Of a stretch of DNA of 64,000 bases, positions 52,751-62,297 are shown piece after piece; the first letter of the stretch is position 1, and the number at the start of each line of letters is the position of its first letter. The notes beneath the pieces are model-generated. The model saw only the letters and a program-made list of their open reading frames with translations. It was not told the DNA's origin and searched no databases. The stretch lies in the sequence record OZ035789.1; one strand, written 5' to 3'. Position numbers and translations under genes: made by a program. The stretch comes from Tequatrovirus BCH953P4.

Positions 52751-53058
52751 CGTAAATTCCCTGCAATTGGTATACTAACAATACGCCCAGTATCTAAAAT
52801 TCGCTGATATAATCTTTGTGTGTCTACGTCAGGCTTAACATGTTTAACTTCTATTTTATTAAACCAAAATTTACGTGGAGTCTCAACTAATCTTGGAATT
52901 CCCTTACCTAAAGCTAGTTGATACTGCTCTTTAAGAGTGGTAAATACTTTATCAGCAATCTTCCATTCAAAAAATACAGCAGGACGATGTTCATCAAGCG
53001 GAACTGGCGCAGTAAATCCGTCTTTGTCTCGGTAAACTATCGCATATACATAAACCAT
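52747..53058 (-). CDS. hypothetical protein (103 aa)
   Basis: ORF track; ATGA coupling with dda. Confidence 0.55.
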   Translation of the reverse strand: MVYVYAIVYRDKDGFTAPVPLDEHRPAVFFEWKIADKVFTTLKEQYQLALGKGIPRLVETPRKFWFNKIEVKHVKPDVDTQRLYQRILDTGRIVSIPIAGNLR

Positions 53059-53059
53059 A

Positions 53060-53806
53060 TTATCCTCGGATAAGTTTAAAAATTGAACAATTTAGCGGGT
53101 ATCCTCTTTTCAGTTTAAGTTTATCAATAAAAGACAAGTTTTGATACCGCTCTACACCTTGAATAATTTTATCACACATATCATATTGCATTTCTGCTTC
53201 TGACAACTTTTTCACAGTTTTCCAATCCGAGCCTTTAAGAAGAACGTTCAATTTAACAACTTCAGCGCCTTCTGCTATACGAGAACCATCAATACGAGCT
53301 TTGAGTGCTACAATCGTTAGCTTAATATCAGAGGTTTGTTTTGATTTAGAAAGCTGAGAAATGTGTTCAATTCGGTTTTCACGTTTTTTCTGTATAGCTT
53401 TAATTTGATTATAAGTCTTTTTGATTTTAGCCCATTTCTTTTCATCTAAATTTAGTTTATGAACTTTTTTCGCAGATGAACGACCAATTCGCAAAGCAAA
53501 TAAATCACGCTTTTCAATCAACTCTTCTAAAGTATAATCAGAACGAAATGTATTATACTTTTTCTTTACTGCAATAACATTCCCTTTAATGTATCCAACG
53601 TTATTATCAAAACGTTCTAATGATAATTTCTCTCCTTCAATACGATTATCAAAAGGTTCTCCCGAGTAAGCGCAAACTTTCTGATCTAAAATGTTCTTAA
53701 TGTAATTGAAGTCTAAGTTAAAATCTTTAGAACGTCTTTTAGCAGATGCCTGAGTATGCTCTAGACGACGTTTAATTTTACGAATTTGATTATTAGACAG
53801 TTTCAT
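53060..53806 (-). CDS. srd: Srd-like protein (248 aa)
   Basis: Size and position of T4 srd between dda and modA; early promoter upstream. Confidence 0.55.
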   Translation of the reverse strand: MKLSNNQIRKIKRRLEHTQASAKRRSKDFNLDFNYIKNILDQKVCAYSGEPFDNRIEGEKLSLERFDNNVGYIKGNVIAVKKKYNTFRSDYTLEELIEKRDLFALRIGRSSAKKVHKLNLDEKKWAKIKKTYNQIKAIQKKRENRIEHISQLSKSKQTSDIKLTIVALKARIDGSRIAEGAEVVKLNVLLKGSDWKTVKKLSEAEMQYDMCDKIIQGVERYQNLSFIDKLKLKRGYPLNCSIFKLIRG

Positions 53807-53828
53807 ATTTTTCTCACATCTTACGGAC

Positions 53829-53863
53829 GGTTAACTACTTATACTATAACATTTTTACTTCAG
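53829..53863 (-). promoter_or_regulatory. early promoter for srd
   Basis: GTTTAC, spacer, TAGTATAAG. Confidence 0.5.
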
Positions 53864-53928
53864 CTTGTAAACAACTTTATGAAAAATGCTTTAAAACTTT
53901 CATGGTATAATGAATCTAAGTCCTTCCG

Positions 53929-54531
53929 TTATAGATTAAATCCTTCAAAATCAAGAGTATAGATAGTGTATGTTGAACACTTTTTATACTCATATCTATC
54001 TGCAATTCTAAATACACTTCCAGCCGGTATCATTACTTCTTGTTCATCTGAAACTAATTCCATATTACGATAACGATGACTATCCGGAAACTTAAAGTTT
54101 GGATTGTATTCTTTACAGCGTAGAGCTTTTATAGCATACTCCTGGAAATTGAATACCATAGGAGCTTTGAATTCAAAAATAACTTGTGTGTTATACTCTA
54201 AACCGGAAGCAAAATGTAGAGCTATATTTTTATCATATGAAGCTGATACGACTTTATCAAATGTAATAATATCAATTCCTTGATTTAACACCTGCTTAGT
54301 CTCAGCTGGAACACCTCTCCAAAGAGGTTTATCGTTTGGAACCAAACGAGATTTGATTATTTCATTTAACCAAGAATGATCGTCTGGCTTATTAGTAATA
54401 CAATGAATTAAAAGTTCAATTTCGGATAAATTAAATCCTTCGGAAAGTAATTCTTCACGAATAGAAGCACGCACCGATGCATCCATTGATTTGATTTTAA
54501 AATCTTTTAATTGCATTGCTGAATATTTCAT
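53929..54531 (-). CDS. modA: ModA ADP-ribosyltransferase
   Basis: 200-aa ORF of T4 ModA length, tandem with its 207-aa paralogue. Confidence 0.85.
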   Translation of the reverse strand: MKYSAMQLKDFKIKSMDASVRASIREELLSEGFNLSEIELLIHCITNKPDDHSWLNEIIKSRLVPNDKPLWRGVPAETKQVLNQGIDIITFDKVVSASYDKNIALHFASGLEYNTQVIFEFKAPMVFNFQEYAIKALRCKEYNPNFKFPDSHRYRNMELVSDEQEVMIPAGSVFRIADRYEYKKCSTYTIYTLDFEGFNL

Positions 54532-55151
54532 TCAACTACCTCAATATCATACACTTTAAATGTTCCAAATGAATCGTGTAATTTTTCTTTTGAAATAGAA
54601 GTTATTTTATACTTTCCAATTGGAATCATCCATTCTTGTTCACGTACAATCATCATTAAGTTATCAGTACGTTCTGAATCTAATCCATCAGTATCTTCAT
54701 ATGTATACTTAAACTCAGTATTAGGAGAAGAAAGTATAATATCGCTGATATGGTCAGAATAATTAAAAGCTTTATCAGTTTTTAAGCGAAATATTATTTC
54801 AGTGAAATACTCAACATAAGAAAAACCACATGCTGTGTGCAAACTAGTAGTAAATGAATCTACCCTGTTCGTTGAAAACACCTCTCCAACTTGTAAATCT
54901 TTAATGAGTTCTTTTGTCGATTTTGATATACCACGATATAACTGATAAGGTGATTTAGTTAAATGCTTTTTAATGATTTTATTCAACTGCTGATGAAGAG
55001 CTTCATTCTTTTTGGCTTCCATACATTGCCAAAGAACAGATTGCTCAAAGTCAGTAAATTTTTCACAGACCTTTTTATACATATCATATTGAAAATCAAC
55101 GCTTTCAGCTTTTATAGATAACTGTTCAACATCTGCAAGATTAATAATCAT
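54528..55151 (-). CDS. modB: ModB ADP-ribosyltransferase
   Basis: 207-aa ORF of T4 ModB length; ATGA coupling to modA. Confidence 0.85.
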   Translation of the reverse strand: MIINLADVEQLSIKAESVDFQYDMYKKVCEKFTDFEQSVLWQCMEAKKNEALHQQLNKIIKKHLTKSPYQLYRGISKSTKELIKDLQVGEVFSTNRVDSFTTSLHTACGFSYVEYFTEIIFRLKTDKAFNYSDHISDIILSSPNTEFKYTYEDTDGLDSERTDNLMMIVREQEWMIPIGKYKITSISKEKLHDSFGTFKVYDIEVVE

Positions 55152-55175
55152 GATAGCCTCCGTATACTTCAGAAG

Positions 55176-55208
55176 CTATCATATCATCGTTAGAAAGGAA
55201 AGTAAACA
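55176..55208 (-). promoter_or_regulatory. early promoter for modB-modA
   Basis: GTTTAC, spacer, TATGAT. Confidence 0.45.
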
Positions 55209-55218
55209 ACTTTTTGAA

Positions 55219-55401
55219 TTATTTTGCCCAGGGAGCCCAGGGCGGAGGGTCAAGATGGTATGAAGCTAGTTCTTCTAGAAGAGCATCTGGGGCTTCAATT
55301 CCATAATTCTGTAATACTATACGGTACTCTTTCTTATAATCACTAGAATCATTCTGGATATTCGTAGAATGATTATCTTCTAACATCTCAAATAAATCCA
55401 T
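55219..55401 (-). CDS. hypothetical small protein (60 aa)
   Basis: ORF track. Confidence 0.4.
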   Translation of the reverse strand: MDLFEMLEDNHSTNIQNDSSDYKKEYRIVLQNYGIEAPDALLEELASYHLDPPPWAPWAK

Positions 55402-55409
55402 ATTAATTC

Positions 55410-55880
55410 CTAGCGATAAAAACCAAAATGACGATTAGCTTCAGCAATCTTTCTTTCTTCTTCGGACATTCTCCAGCGTAATCCAACGTCAAAATGAGCC
55501 CAGACCATCTTAACAAATGCATTTATATCTTTAATATCTTCAATAATGAATGTTTTACTTTTCGAAGGTTGACTCGCTAATTTAACCTTATCATCTTCAA
55601 ACAGGTCAAAAAGACCATATTCATGAGCTCTTTTATAGCCTTTAATAGTTAAAGCTTCGGAAGAAGAAAACGGTGAATCAGTATTTTGCAAAATATCTTC
55701 AGTATGCTTTATAATTAGAATAATATTTTCTGGATATTTTCTTTCTTTTATATCTTTAATTAAAAAATCCGGATTTTCTGCTAAAGGAATAATTAATGAG
55801 CATTTTTTATCAAGTGTATTTACTGATTTACCTTCTTTAGACATAAATTCTATTGAATAATGTTTTGCTACTTCAATCAT
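55410..55880 (-). CDS. hypothetical protein (156 aa)
   Basis: ORF track. Confidence 0.55.
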   Translation of the reverse strand: MIEVAKHYSIEFMSKEGKSVNTLDKKCSLIIPLAENPDFLIKDIKERKYPENIILIIKHTEDILQNTDSPFSSSEALTIKGYKRAHEYGLFDLFEDDKVKLASQPSKSKTFIIEDIKDINAFVKMVWAHFDVGLRWRMSEEERKIAEANRHFGFYR

Positions 55881-56037
55881 GTGATTTCCTTTTGCCTACT
55901 AATGGACCGTCAGGAATTTTGTTTTCCTGGATATATTTCTCATTTTCTTCCATCATTTTACTACCAATTTTAAGAAGCAAATCCATTGCTTCATTTGCTT
56001 TTGCTTTAGCCTCTTCCAATGTCATATCTTTGCTCAT
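55873..56037 (-). CDS. small ORF (54 aa)
   Basis: Hand-translated [26 protein letters not shown]..; ATGA overlap with upstream stop. Confidence 0.35.
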   Translation of the reverse strand: MSKDMTLEEAKAKANEAMDLLLKIGSKMMEENEKYIQENKIPDGPLVGKRKSHD

Positions 56038-56237
56038 GATTTATCACCATAGATGTCTCTCATCAATTTAAGCGCTGAGCGTTCTAATTTCTTTTCTTTC
56101 TCAGCACTAATCATTGATTTCATCCATTCTTCCGATTCGTTCTGCATTTCTTTATTTGCTTGTTCAACCCAACCATCATCAATATACATTGAGTTTGGTC
56201 TATTGAACCATTCAAGCATTTTCTTCAGAGCTTTCAT
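56034..56237 (-). CDS. hypothetical protein (67 aa)
   Basis: ORF track. Confidence 0.5.
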   Translation of the reverse strand: MKALKKMLEWFNRPNSMYIDDGWVEQANKEMQNESEEWMKSMISAEKEKKLERSALKLMRDIYGDKS

Positions 56238-56709
56238 TTGTTTTACCTAAAACAACAGTAGGAGCATCATCAAATTCATGAATTTTTAGCAAATTTGGAT
56301 GTAAACTATTCCATACAGAAGAAATAAAGTATGATAAAGCATCTTCGTCCACAATTATAAATTTATTTCCTTTATCTATTTTCCAACTATATACTGAATC
56401 GTACGAATAAAAAGATAAAGGTTCATCATTATATTTTTCTGTGTTAACATTAATGTATTCTGATTTAGTAAATGCTTCAATTGCTCTAAACGGAATATTT
56501 GGTACAGTTTCAATAATTCCGATCTTTTTAAGTTTTATTTCAGCATCTTCTGGAACTGGCATTGAAACGAAATTTTCTACGAGATACATAGGATTACGAT
56601 AACCCTTATCAATCATTACTGCTACGGTAATTGGAACGTCTTTAGCAAACGACATGCTATTACTGCTGATATACATTTCAAACAAAATCGCTTCCATAAT
56701 TTTCCTCAA
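56212..56709 (-). CDS. hypothetical protein (165 aa), mrh-region
   Basis: ORF track; position of T4 mrh, not verified. Confidence 0.5.
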   Translation of the reverse strand: MRKIMEAILFEMYISSNSMSFAKDVPITVAVMIDKGYRNPMYLVENFVSMPVPEDAEIKLKKIGIIETVPNIPFRAIEAFTKSEYINVNTEKYNDEPLSFYSYDSVYSWKIDKGNKFIIVDEDALSYFISSVWNSLHPNLLKIHEFDDAPTVVLGKTNESSEENA

Positions 56710-57044
56710 TCACAAGATGTGGATGAACAACTAGAATCACAAGAACTTCCACATGAATCGCCCGTCCATACATGAACAGGAACATTAGTATCATATGAAT
56801 CAGAACTAGACTGTGTATTCTGCGTATTAGATGATGCAGGTGTTGACCAGCGCCAAGGATTTTTATAATATTCTTGGGCTTCTTCATAAGTCATAGTGAC
56901 TGCTTCTACTGTTCCATCTCCCATATAAACATACTCAACTACAGTTAAAGGAAGGTAGTCATTTGAAATAGGAACTACACCTTCTCCGGGAGTCGTAGAG
57001 AAAAAATCCGTAAAGAAATTTTTAAACCAATTAAAGATAAACAT
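56706..57044 (-). CDS. protein with Ser/Cys-rich C-terminal tail (112 aa)
   Basis: ORF track; C-terminus [17 protein letters not shown]. Confidence 0.55.
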   Translation of the reverse strand: MFIFNWFKNFFTDFFSTTPGEGVVPISNDYLPLTVVEYVYMGDGTVEAVTMTYEEAQEYYKNPWRWSTPASSNTQNTQSSSDSYDTNVPVHVWTGDSCGSSCDSSCSSTSCD

Positions 57045-57250
57045 TACAAAAAGCCTCTTTTGAATTCAACTTGCTTTTCACCATAATCATATCGAATCTC
57101 TGCATTAAATTCGACAGAACCATCTGCGTACATCATAAATGAATGCACAACAACTTCTGTAGACCATGGTTGCAATTCATATTTCTTCATTACATGCCGT
57201 GAAATGATAATATCTAAATCTTCATTCGGTTTAATCCAACGATTTAACAT
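57044..57250 (-). CDS. hypothetical protein (68 aa)
   Basis: ORF track; early promoter upstream (~57275-57307). Confidence 0.5.
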   Translation of the reverse strand: MLNRWIKPNEDLDIIISRHVMKKYELQPWSTEVVVHSFMMYADGSVEFNAEIRYDYGEKQVEFKRGFL

Positions 57251-57310
57251 AGTGCTCTCCTCTATAAGATAATTCTATTATACCATACTCATTTTGGAAA
57301 GTAAACCGGT

Positions 57311-57342
57311 AAAATGAAAAAAGGACTCCCGAAGGAGTCCTT
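57311..57342 (-). terminator. rho-independent terminator downstream of soc
   Basis: Minus strand AAGGACTCC-ttcg-GGAGTCCTT then TTTTTCATTTT; same hairpin as at 2847..2874. Confidence 0.6.
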
Positions 57343-57346
57343 GAAT

Positions 57347-57592
57347 TTATTCACCAGTTACTTTCCACAAATCTTCATTTGCAGTAATCCATTCAGTACG
57401 TTGATTTTCTTCATATACTGTAGAATATGCTGCTTTTTCTGAAGGGAATGTCTGATAATGAGCGCCAGAAATTTTGTGAACGTCAGAATAAAGAGGGAAA
57501 GCTACGGAAATTTCCTTTCCTTCAATTTTCTTATTTCCATCTAATTTCTGCTCAAATGTTTTGATATTAACATAACCGCGAGTACTAGCCAT
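57347..57592 (-). CDS. soc: Soc small outer capsid protein
   Basis: ORF matching T4 Soc (MASTRGYVNIKTFEQKLDGNKKIEGKEISVAFPLYSDV..). Confidence 0.9.
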   Translation of the reverse strand: MASTRGYVNIKTFEQKLDGNKKIEGKEISVAFPLYSDVHKISGAHYQTFPSEKAAYSTVYEENQRTEWITANEDLWKVTGE

Positions 57593-57622
57593 GTAATTCT
57601 CCTTTTATTTAAATTACATGAT

Positions 57623-57630
57623 TATTTATA
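57623..57630 (-). promoter_or_regulatory. late promoter (TATAAATA) for soc
   Basis: Minus strand TATAAATA ~30 nt upstream of soc ATG. Confidence 0.6.
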
Positions 57631-57660
57631 ATAAATTCTCACGGCTTTTAAGACGAGTTG

Positions 57661-58179
57661 TTAATAACCTCGGTCTTGACGCGCGAAATTTTCGGCATTT
57701 TTCAGATAATAAAGTTTAAAGATTTCTTCTGCTGTAAGACCAAGACCTTGGAACATGTTCAGAACGAAATGAAGAATATCAATCATTTCGAATTTAATTT
57801 CCAACTGGTCTTGTGGAGACAAATCAGTAATTAGAGTTTCACGACGTTCACCATGTTGAGCTTTCCAAGGCTTCCATACAGCAGATGCATCTTTTTCGCC
57901 ATTGCTCATACCGCCAAGAGAAGTTAGAAGTTCACGGAATTCATCGTCAATATAATCTTTCTGATTACGCAGCCAATCAACAACTTCACCGGCAGTAGCC
58001 AAGTCATCAGGATGACGATTATATTCAGGTTTATCTTTAGCTAAACGAATCTGCAGAGATTTCTGCATGTCAAGCATTACCTGCAGCGGGTCTTTTTCAT
58101 CACCTAGAATATCCCAGTATTCATTTTGAGCTTTATCAGCGCCTTCGATCAGTTGACTACATTCGTTAAAGTAAGCCAT
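57661..58179 (-). CDS. 56: gp56 dCTPase/dUTPase (MazG-like)
   Basis: ~172 aa from MAYFNEC..; size and position of T4 gp56 next to dam. Confidence 0.8.
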   Translation of the reverse strand: MAYFNECSQLIEGADKAQNEYWDILGDEKDPLQVMLDMQKSLQIRLAKDKPEYNRHPDDLATAGEVVDWLRNQKDYIDDEFRELLTSLGGMSNGEKDASAVWKPWKAQHGERRETLITDLSPQDQLEIKFEMIDILHFVLNMFQGLGLTAEEIFKLYYLKNAENFARQDRGY

Positions 58180-58239
58180 TATTTTTCCTTTCAATTCATT
58201 AATAAGTTAAATAATTATATCATTTGAGTATGTAAGCAA

Positions 58240-59579
<1,340 letters not shown>

Positions 59580-59602
59580 TATATCATCCTCAGCAATTTA
59601 TT

Positions 59603-59635
59603 TTATAATACCATAACAAGCTGAGAAAGTAAACA
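59603..59635 (-). promoter_or_regulatory. early promoter for the nuclease-like ORF and dam
   Basis: GTTTAC, 17-nt spacer, GTATTATAA, 25-nt leader to the ATG. Confidence 0.55.
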
Positions 59636-59678
59636 AATTTATGAAATTTGTGATAAATATTAATTTAAAGGAGGACAT

Positions 59679-59879
59679 ATGGTACAAAAATTAATGGCAC
59701 TTGTTAATGCCATAAAAGGTAATAAAAAACGTATAGCTTTTACTATTTCTGCTATGGTAGGAATTTTACTCTGGAACTTTATTTTATCACCAATTGCAAT
59801 TGCGCATGGTGTTAATATTCCAGTAGTTACTCTTGATACATTCGTAGATCTAGCATTTGCTTTAGTTGGGTTAATTTAA
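59679..59879 (+). CDS. small two-TM membrane protein (66 aa) on the opposite strand
   Basis: ORF track; strong SD AAGGAGGA 7 nt upstream; two hydrophobic segments; converges on gene 61 stop. Confidence 0.45.
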   Translation: MVQKLMALVNAIKGNKKRIAFTISAMVGILLWNFILSPIAIAHGVNIPVVTLDTFVDLAFALVGLI

Positions 59880-60904
59880 ATCTTGGCATATTTAGATAGC
59901 CGCATTTTAGCCATCAACCCCTGGGCAATATTATTTTTCATATATTCCATAATTTGTTCAGGGGTTGCACCTTCCTTTCTAATCATATCATTGACATCTT
60001 TTGATTTCCAGGGAGATTTATCCCAAAACATAACCCTTTCTCCTGCATCAACTAATTTAGTCATTCGTTTGATAGTGTCAGGGTGACGAGGTTCATTATC
60101 TAAAACCCACACTCGTCTATCTTTAAATGGAACAACTTCTAGGTCTAATTGACCACCCGTAATAGCTATACCATTTTCAATAAAAAGTGAATCTATAGGT
60201 CCTTCTAGAACATATACATCACCATCTTTAACTCGTTCGACTCCATATATTTTTGTTGCCTCAGGATAAGCTTTGATGGTGATATATTTTTGAGGAGCAT
60301 CTTTCTTTAATGCACGTCCTTGAAAAGACTCAGCTTTTCCATTAGCATTATAAATTGGAATAACAAGACGAGGCTCAGAAATTTCCTTTTTGTATGTTCC
60401 CGGTGCTATGCTATTAACTAATTTAGGCCATTCGGTTGTAAACCAAAGATATTTCCATTTATCCTTTGGAATACAACGAGCTTTTACATATTTTATAATT
60501 GGATGGTCTTCCGCCAGTTTATCTAATCTAACACATGACGGAAGAGATTTAATTATTTTCTTCTCAGGTTGTTTAGGAAGTTCTTTAGGTTTTTCTACTG
60601 GACGACTTTTACCTTTTTCTTTTCTTATTTCAAAGATATACTCACGATATAAATCAGGTTCAAACTCCTTTAAATATATTCCGATTGGTGCATGATAGTT
60701 ACAGTTATAACAGTGAATATTTCCTTCATTATTATCGCCATAATACCATCCACGGGCTTTATTTTGGTCGGTTTTTGAATCTCCACAAACAGGGCATCTA
60801 AACCGCAATTTAAAAGTTGAACTATTATTTACTTGTGTGAATTTAGGTAAATGAGCTAATGCACGGTATGCAAACTCATTATCAATCCAAGGTATTGATG
60901 ACAT
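59876..60904 (-). CDS. 61: gp61 DNA primase
   Basis: 342-aa ORF; N-terminal zinc ribbon CPVCGDS..CYNC; Toprim region; T4 gp61 length. Confidence 0.95.
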   Translation of the reverse strand: MSSIPWIDNEFAYRALAHLPKFTQVNNSSTFKLRFRCPVCGDSKTDQNKARGWYYGDNNEGNIHCYNCNYHAPIGIYLKEFEPDLYREYIFEIRKEKGKSRPVEKPKELPKQPEKKIIKSLPSCVRLDKLAEDHPIIKYVKARCIPKDKWKYLWFTTEWPKLVNSIAPGTYKKEISEPRLVIPIYNANGKAESFQGRALKKDAPQKYITIKAYPEATKIYGVERVKDGDVYVLEGPIDSLFIENGIAITGGQLDLEVVPFKDRRVWVLDNEPRHPDTIKRMTKLVDAGERVMFWDKSPWKSKDVNDMIRKEGATPEQIMEYMKNNIAQGLMAKMRLSKYAKI

Positions 60905-60906
60905 TT

Positions 60907-61071
60907 TTACTCTTCTTTTTCTTTAGATTCCTCTTTTTTCTTTTTAGGAATCTGTTCAGGACCTTTATTTACTACAGCACCTGATGTTGTTCCAGTAGAG
61001 ATATTTTCAGGATTACCACCTGAATCTCCAGCGACCATATCTTCTTTAATAAATTCTTTATATGTTTTCAT
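60907..61071 (-). CDS. small charged protein (54 aa)
   Basis: Hand-translated MKTYKEFIKEDMVAGDSGGNPE..KKKKEESKEKEE; stop abuts the gene 61 ATG. Confidence 0.35.
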   Translation of the reverse strand: MKTYKEFIKEDMVAGDSGGNPENISTGTTSGAVVNKGPEQIPKKKKEESKEKEE

Positions 61072-61072
61072 A

Positions 61073-61429
61073 TTAACCTCTATTCATAAAAGCATTAAAA
61101 ATTTGGTCATCAATAGATGGCGCAGTAATATTTTCTGCATCATTTAGCAAATCATTAATTTCATCAGATAGCATAACACATGTACCTTTATTTCCTGTAA
61201 TTGTTACTGCACAATTACGAACGTTTTCTTTATCAAATTTTAGGTTAATATTTTCGTAGTGAAAATCCTTTAATGCCGAATATATCTTTAAAATGAAATT
61301 GTCTTTTACTACAATAAACCCAACCTCACTATTAAAACGCGGTTCATGGAAACTGTAATAAACCTTTTCATCTATAAAATCGTATGAAATTTTTTCCATT
61401 TTTAAATATGAAAATTCAGAACTATGCAT
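61073..61429 (-). CDS. hypothetical protein (118 aa)
   Basis: ORF track; 61-41 interval. Confidence 0.55.
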   Translation of the reverse strand: MHSSEFSYLKMEKISYDFIDEKVYYSFHEPRFNSEVGFIVVKDNFILKIYSALKDFHYENINLKFDKENVRNCAVTITGNKGTCVMLSDEINDLLNDAENITAPSIDDQIFNAFMNRG

Positions 61430-61441
61430 ACTAACCTCTAA

Positions 61442-61735
61442 TTACTCACCTACCACTTCAGCGATGATATTTTTGTTATTAAAGTTTTTATCGCAATACA
61501 GAACATAATTATACTGCATTACACCACCAGACTTAAGCTGTTTTTGCACTTCAGCTTTCATTTCAGGACGATCGCGCTCAACGATATTCATAATATCTGC
61601 TTCAATTTGGGTTTCAACCTCAGTCTGATCTGCAGTCATAGACCATTCACATAAATCTTTATCATAGCCTGCCATAGCAGGCTGAGCAGCACAAGAAGCT
61701 AAAGCAAAAATTGTAGCAAAGATAAATTTTTTCAT
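61442..61735 (-). CDS. sp: Spackle periplasmic superinfection-exclusion protein
   Basis: 97-aa ORF with cleavable signal peptide MKKFIFATIFALASCAAQPAMA; T4 Sp size and position. Confidence 0.8.
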   Translation of the reverse strand: MKKFIFATIFALASCAAQPAMAGYDKDLCEWSMTADQTEVETQIEADIMNIVERDRPEMKAEVQKQLKSGGVMQYNYVLYCDKNFNNKNIIAEVVGE

Positions 61736-61761
61736 GATAATCTCCTCAGTAGTTTATGTTT

Positions 61762-61794
61762 ATATAGTATCTCAATTTCCAACAAAAGTAAACA
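61762..61794 (-). promoter_or_regulatory. early promoter for sp
   Basis: GTTTAC, spacer, TACTATATA, SD GAGGAG. Confidence 0.5.
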
Positions 61795-61795
61795 G

Positions 61796-62095
61796 TTATT
61801 TTAAAACTTTTGCGTAATCACATGTTACAAACTGTTTCTCTAGCTTAACGATCTTACGAAAATACCTTTTACACTGACGAATCTGTCGCTTCGTAGGACG
61901 TACAGCAAACTTAATAAATTCCACTCTACCAAATGGAGGGCTTTCTTCTGCTGGAATATCTAGCACCAATTCCCATGTATCTGCAATAAGTGCTTTGAAT
62001 TGCGTATTTTTCCTGACGTTATACGGAGTGGGTTTAAATAAAACAATATGCATATTATCCTCGGCAATCCACTTCACATACTTTCTTGTCATCAA
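61796..62095 (-). CDS. hypothetical basic protein (99 aa)
   Basis: ORF track; Lys/Arg-rich. Confidence 0.55.
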   Translation of the reverse strand: MMTRKYVKWIAEDNMHIVLFKPTPYNVRKNTQFKALIADTWELVLDIPAEESPPFGRVEFIKFAVRPTKRQIRQCKRYFRKIVKLEKQFVTCDYAKVLK

Positions 62096-62237
62096 TGAAA
62101 GCTTTAACTAATGCTTTATTAACTTCAGCATACTGAGTAGTAGCCCATTGAACGTCATCTTTCATCATTGTGGTTTCTTTAGTAAACATGCTTTCATTCT
62201 TAAACCACCCCATAAAAACTACCTTTACCAATTCCAT
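62055..62237 (-). CDS. dmd: Dmd antitoxin (inhibitor of host RnlA/LsoA toxins)
   Basis: 60 aa from MELVKVVFMGWFKNESMF.. matching T4 Dmd; early promoter upstream. Confidence 0.8.
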   Translation of the reverse strand: MELVKVVFMGWFKNESMFTKETTMMKDDVQWATTQYAEVNKALVKAFIDDKKVCEVDCRG

Positions 62238-62264
62238 AACAATCTCCACATTTAACCAACAAGA

Positions 62265-62297
62265 CTACTATACCATAGTCTTGTCAGCTTGTAAACT
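62265..62297 (-). promoter_or_regulatory. early promoter for dmd
   Basis: GTTTAC overlapping gene 41 stop, spacer, TATAGT. Confidence 0.5.
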
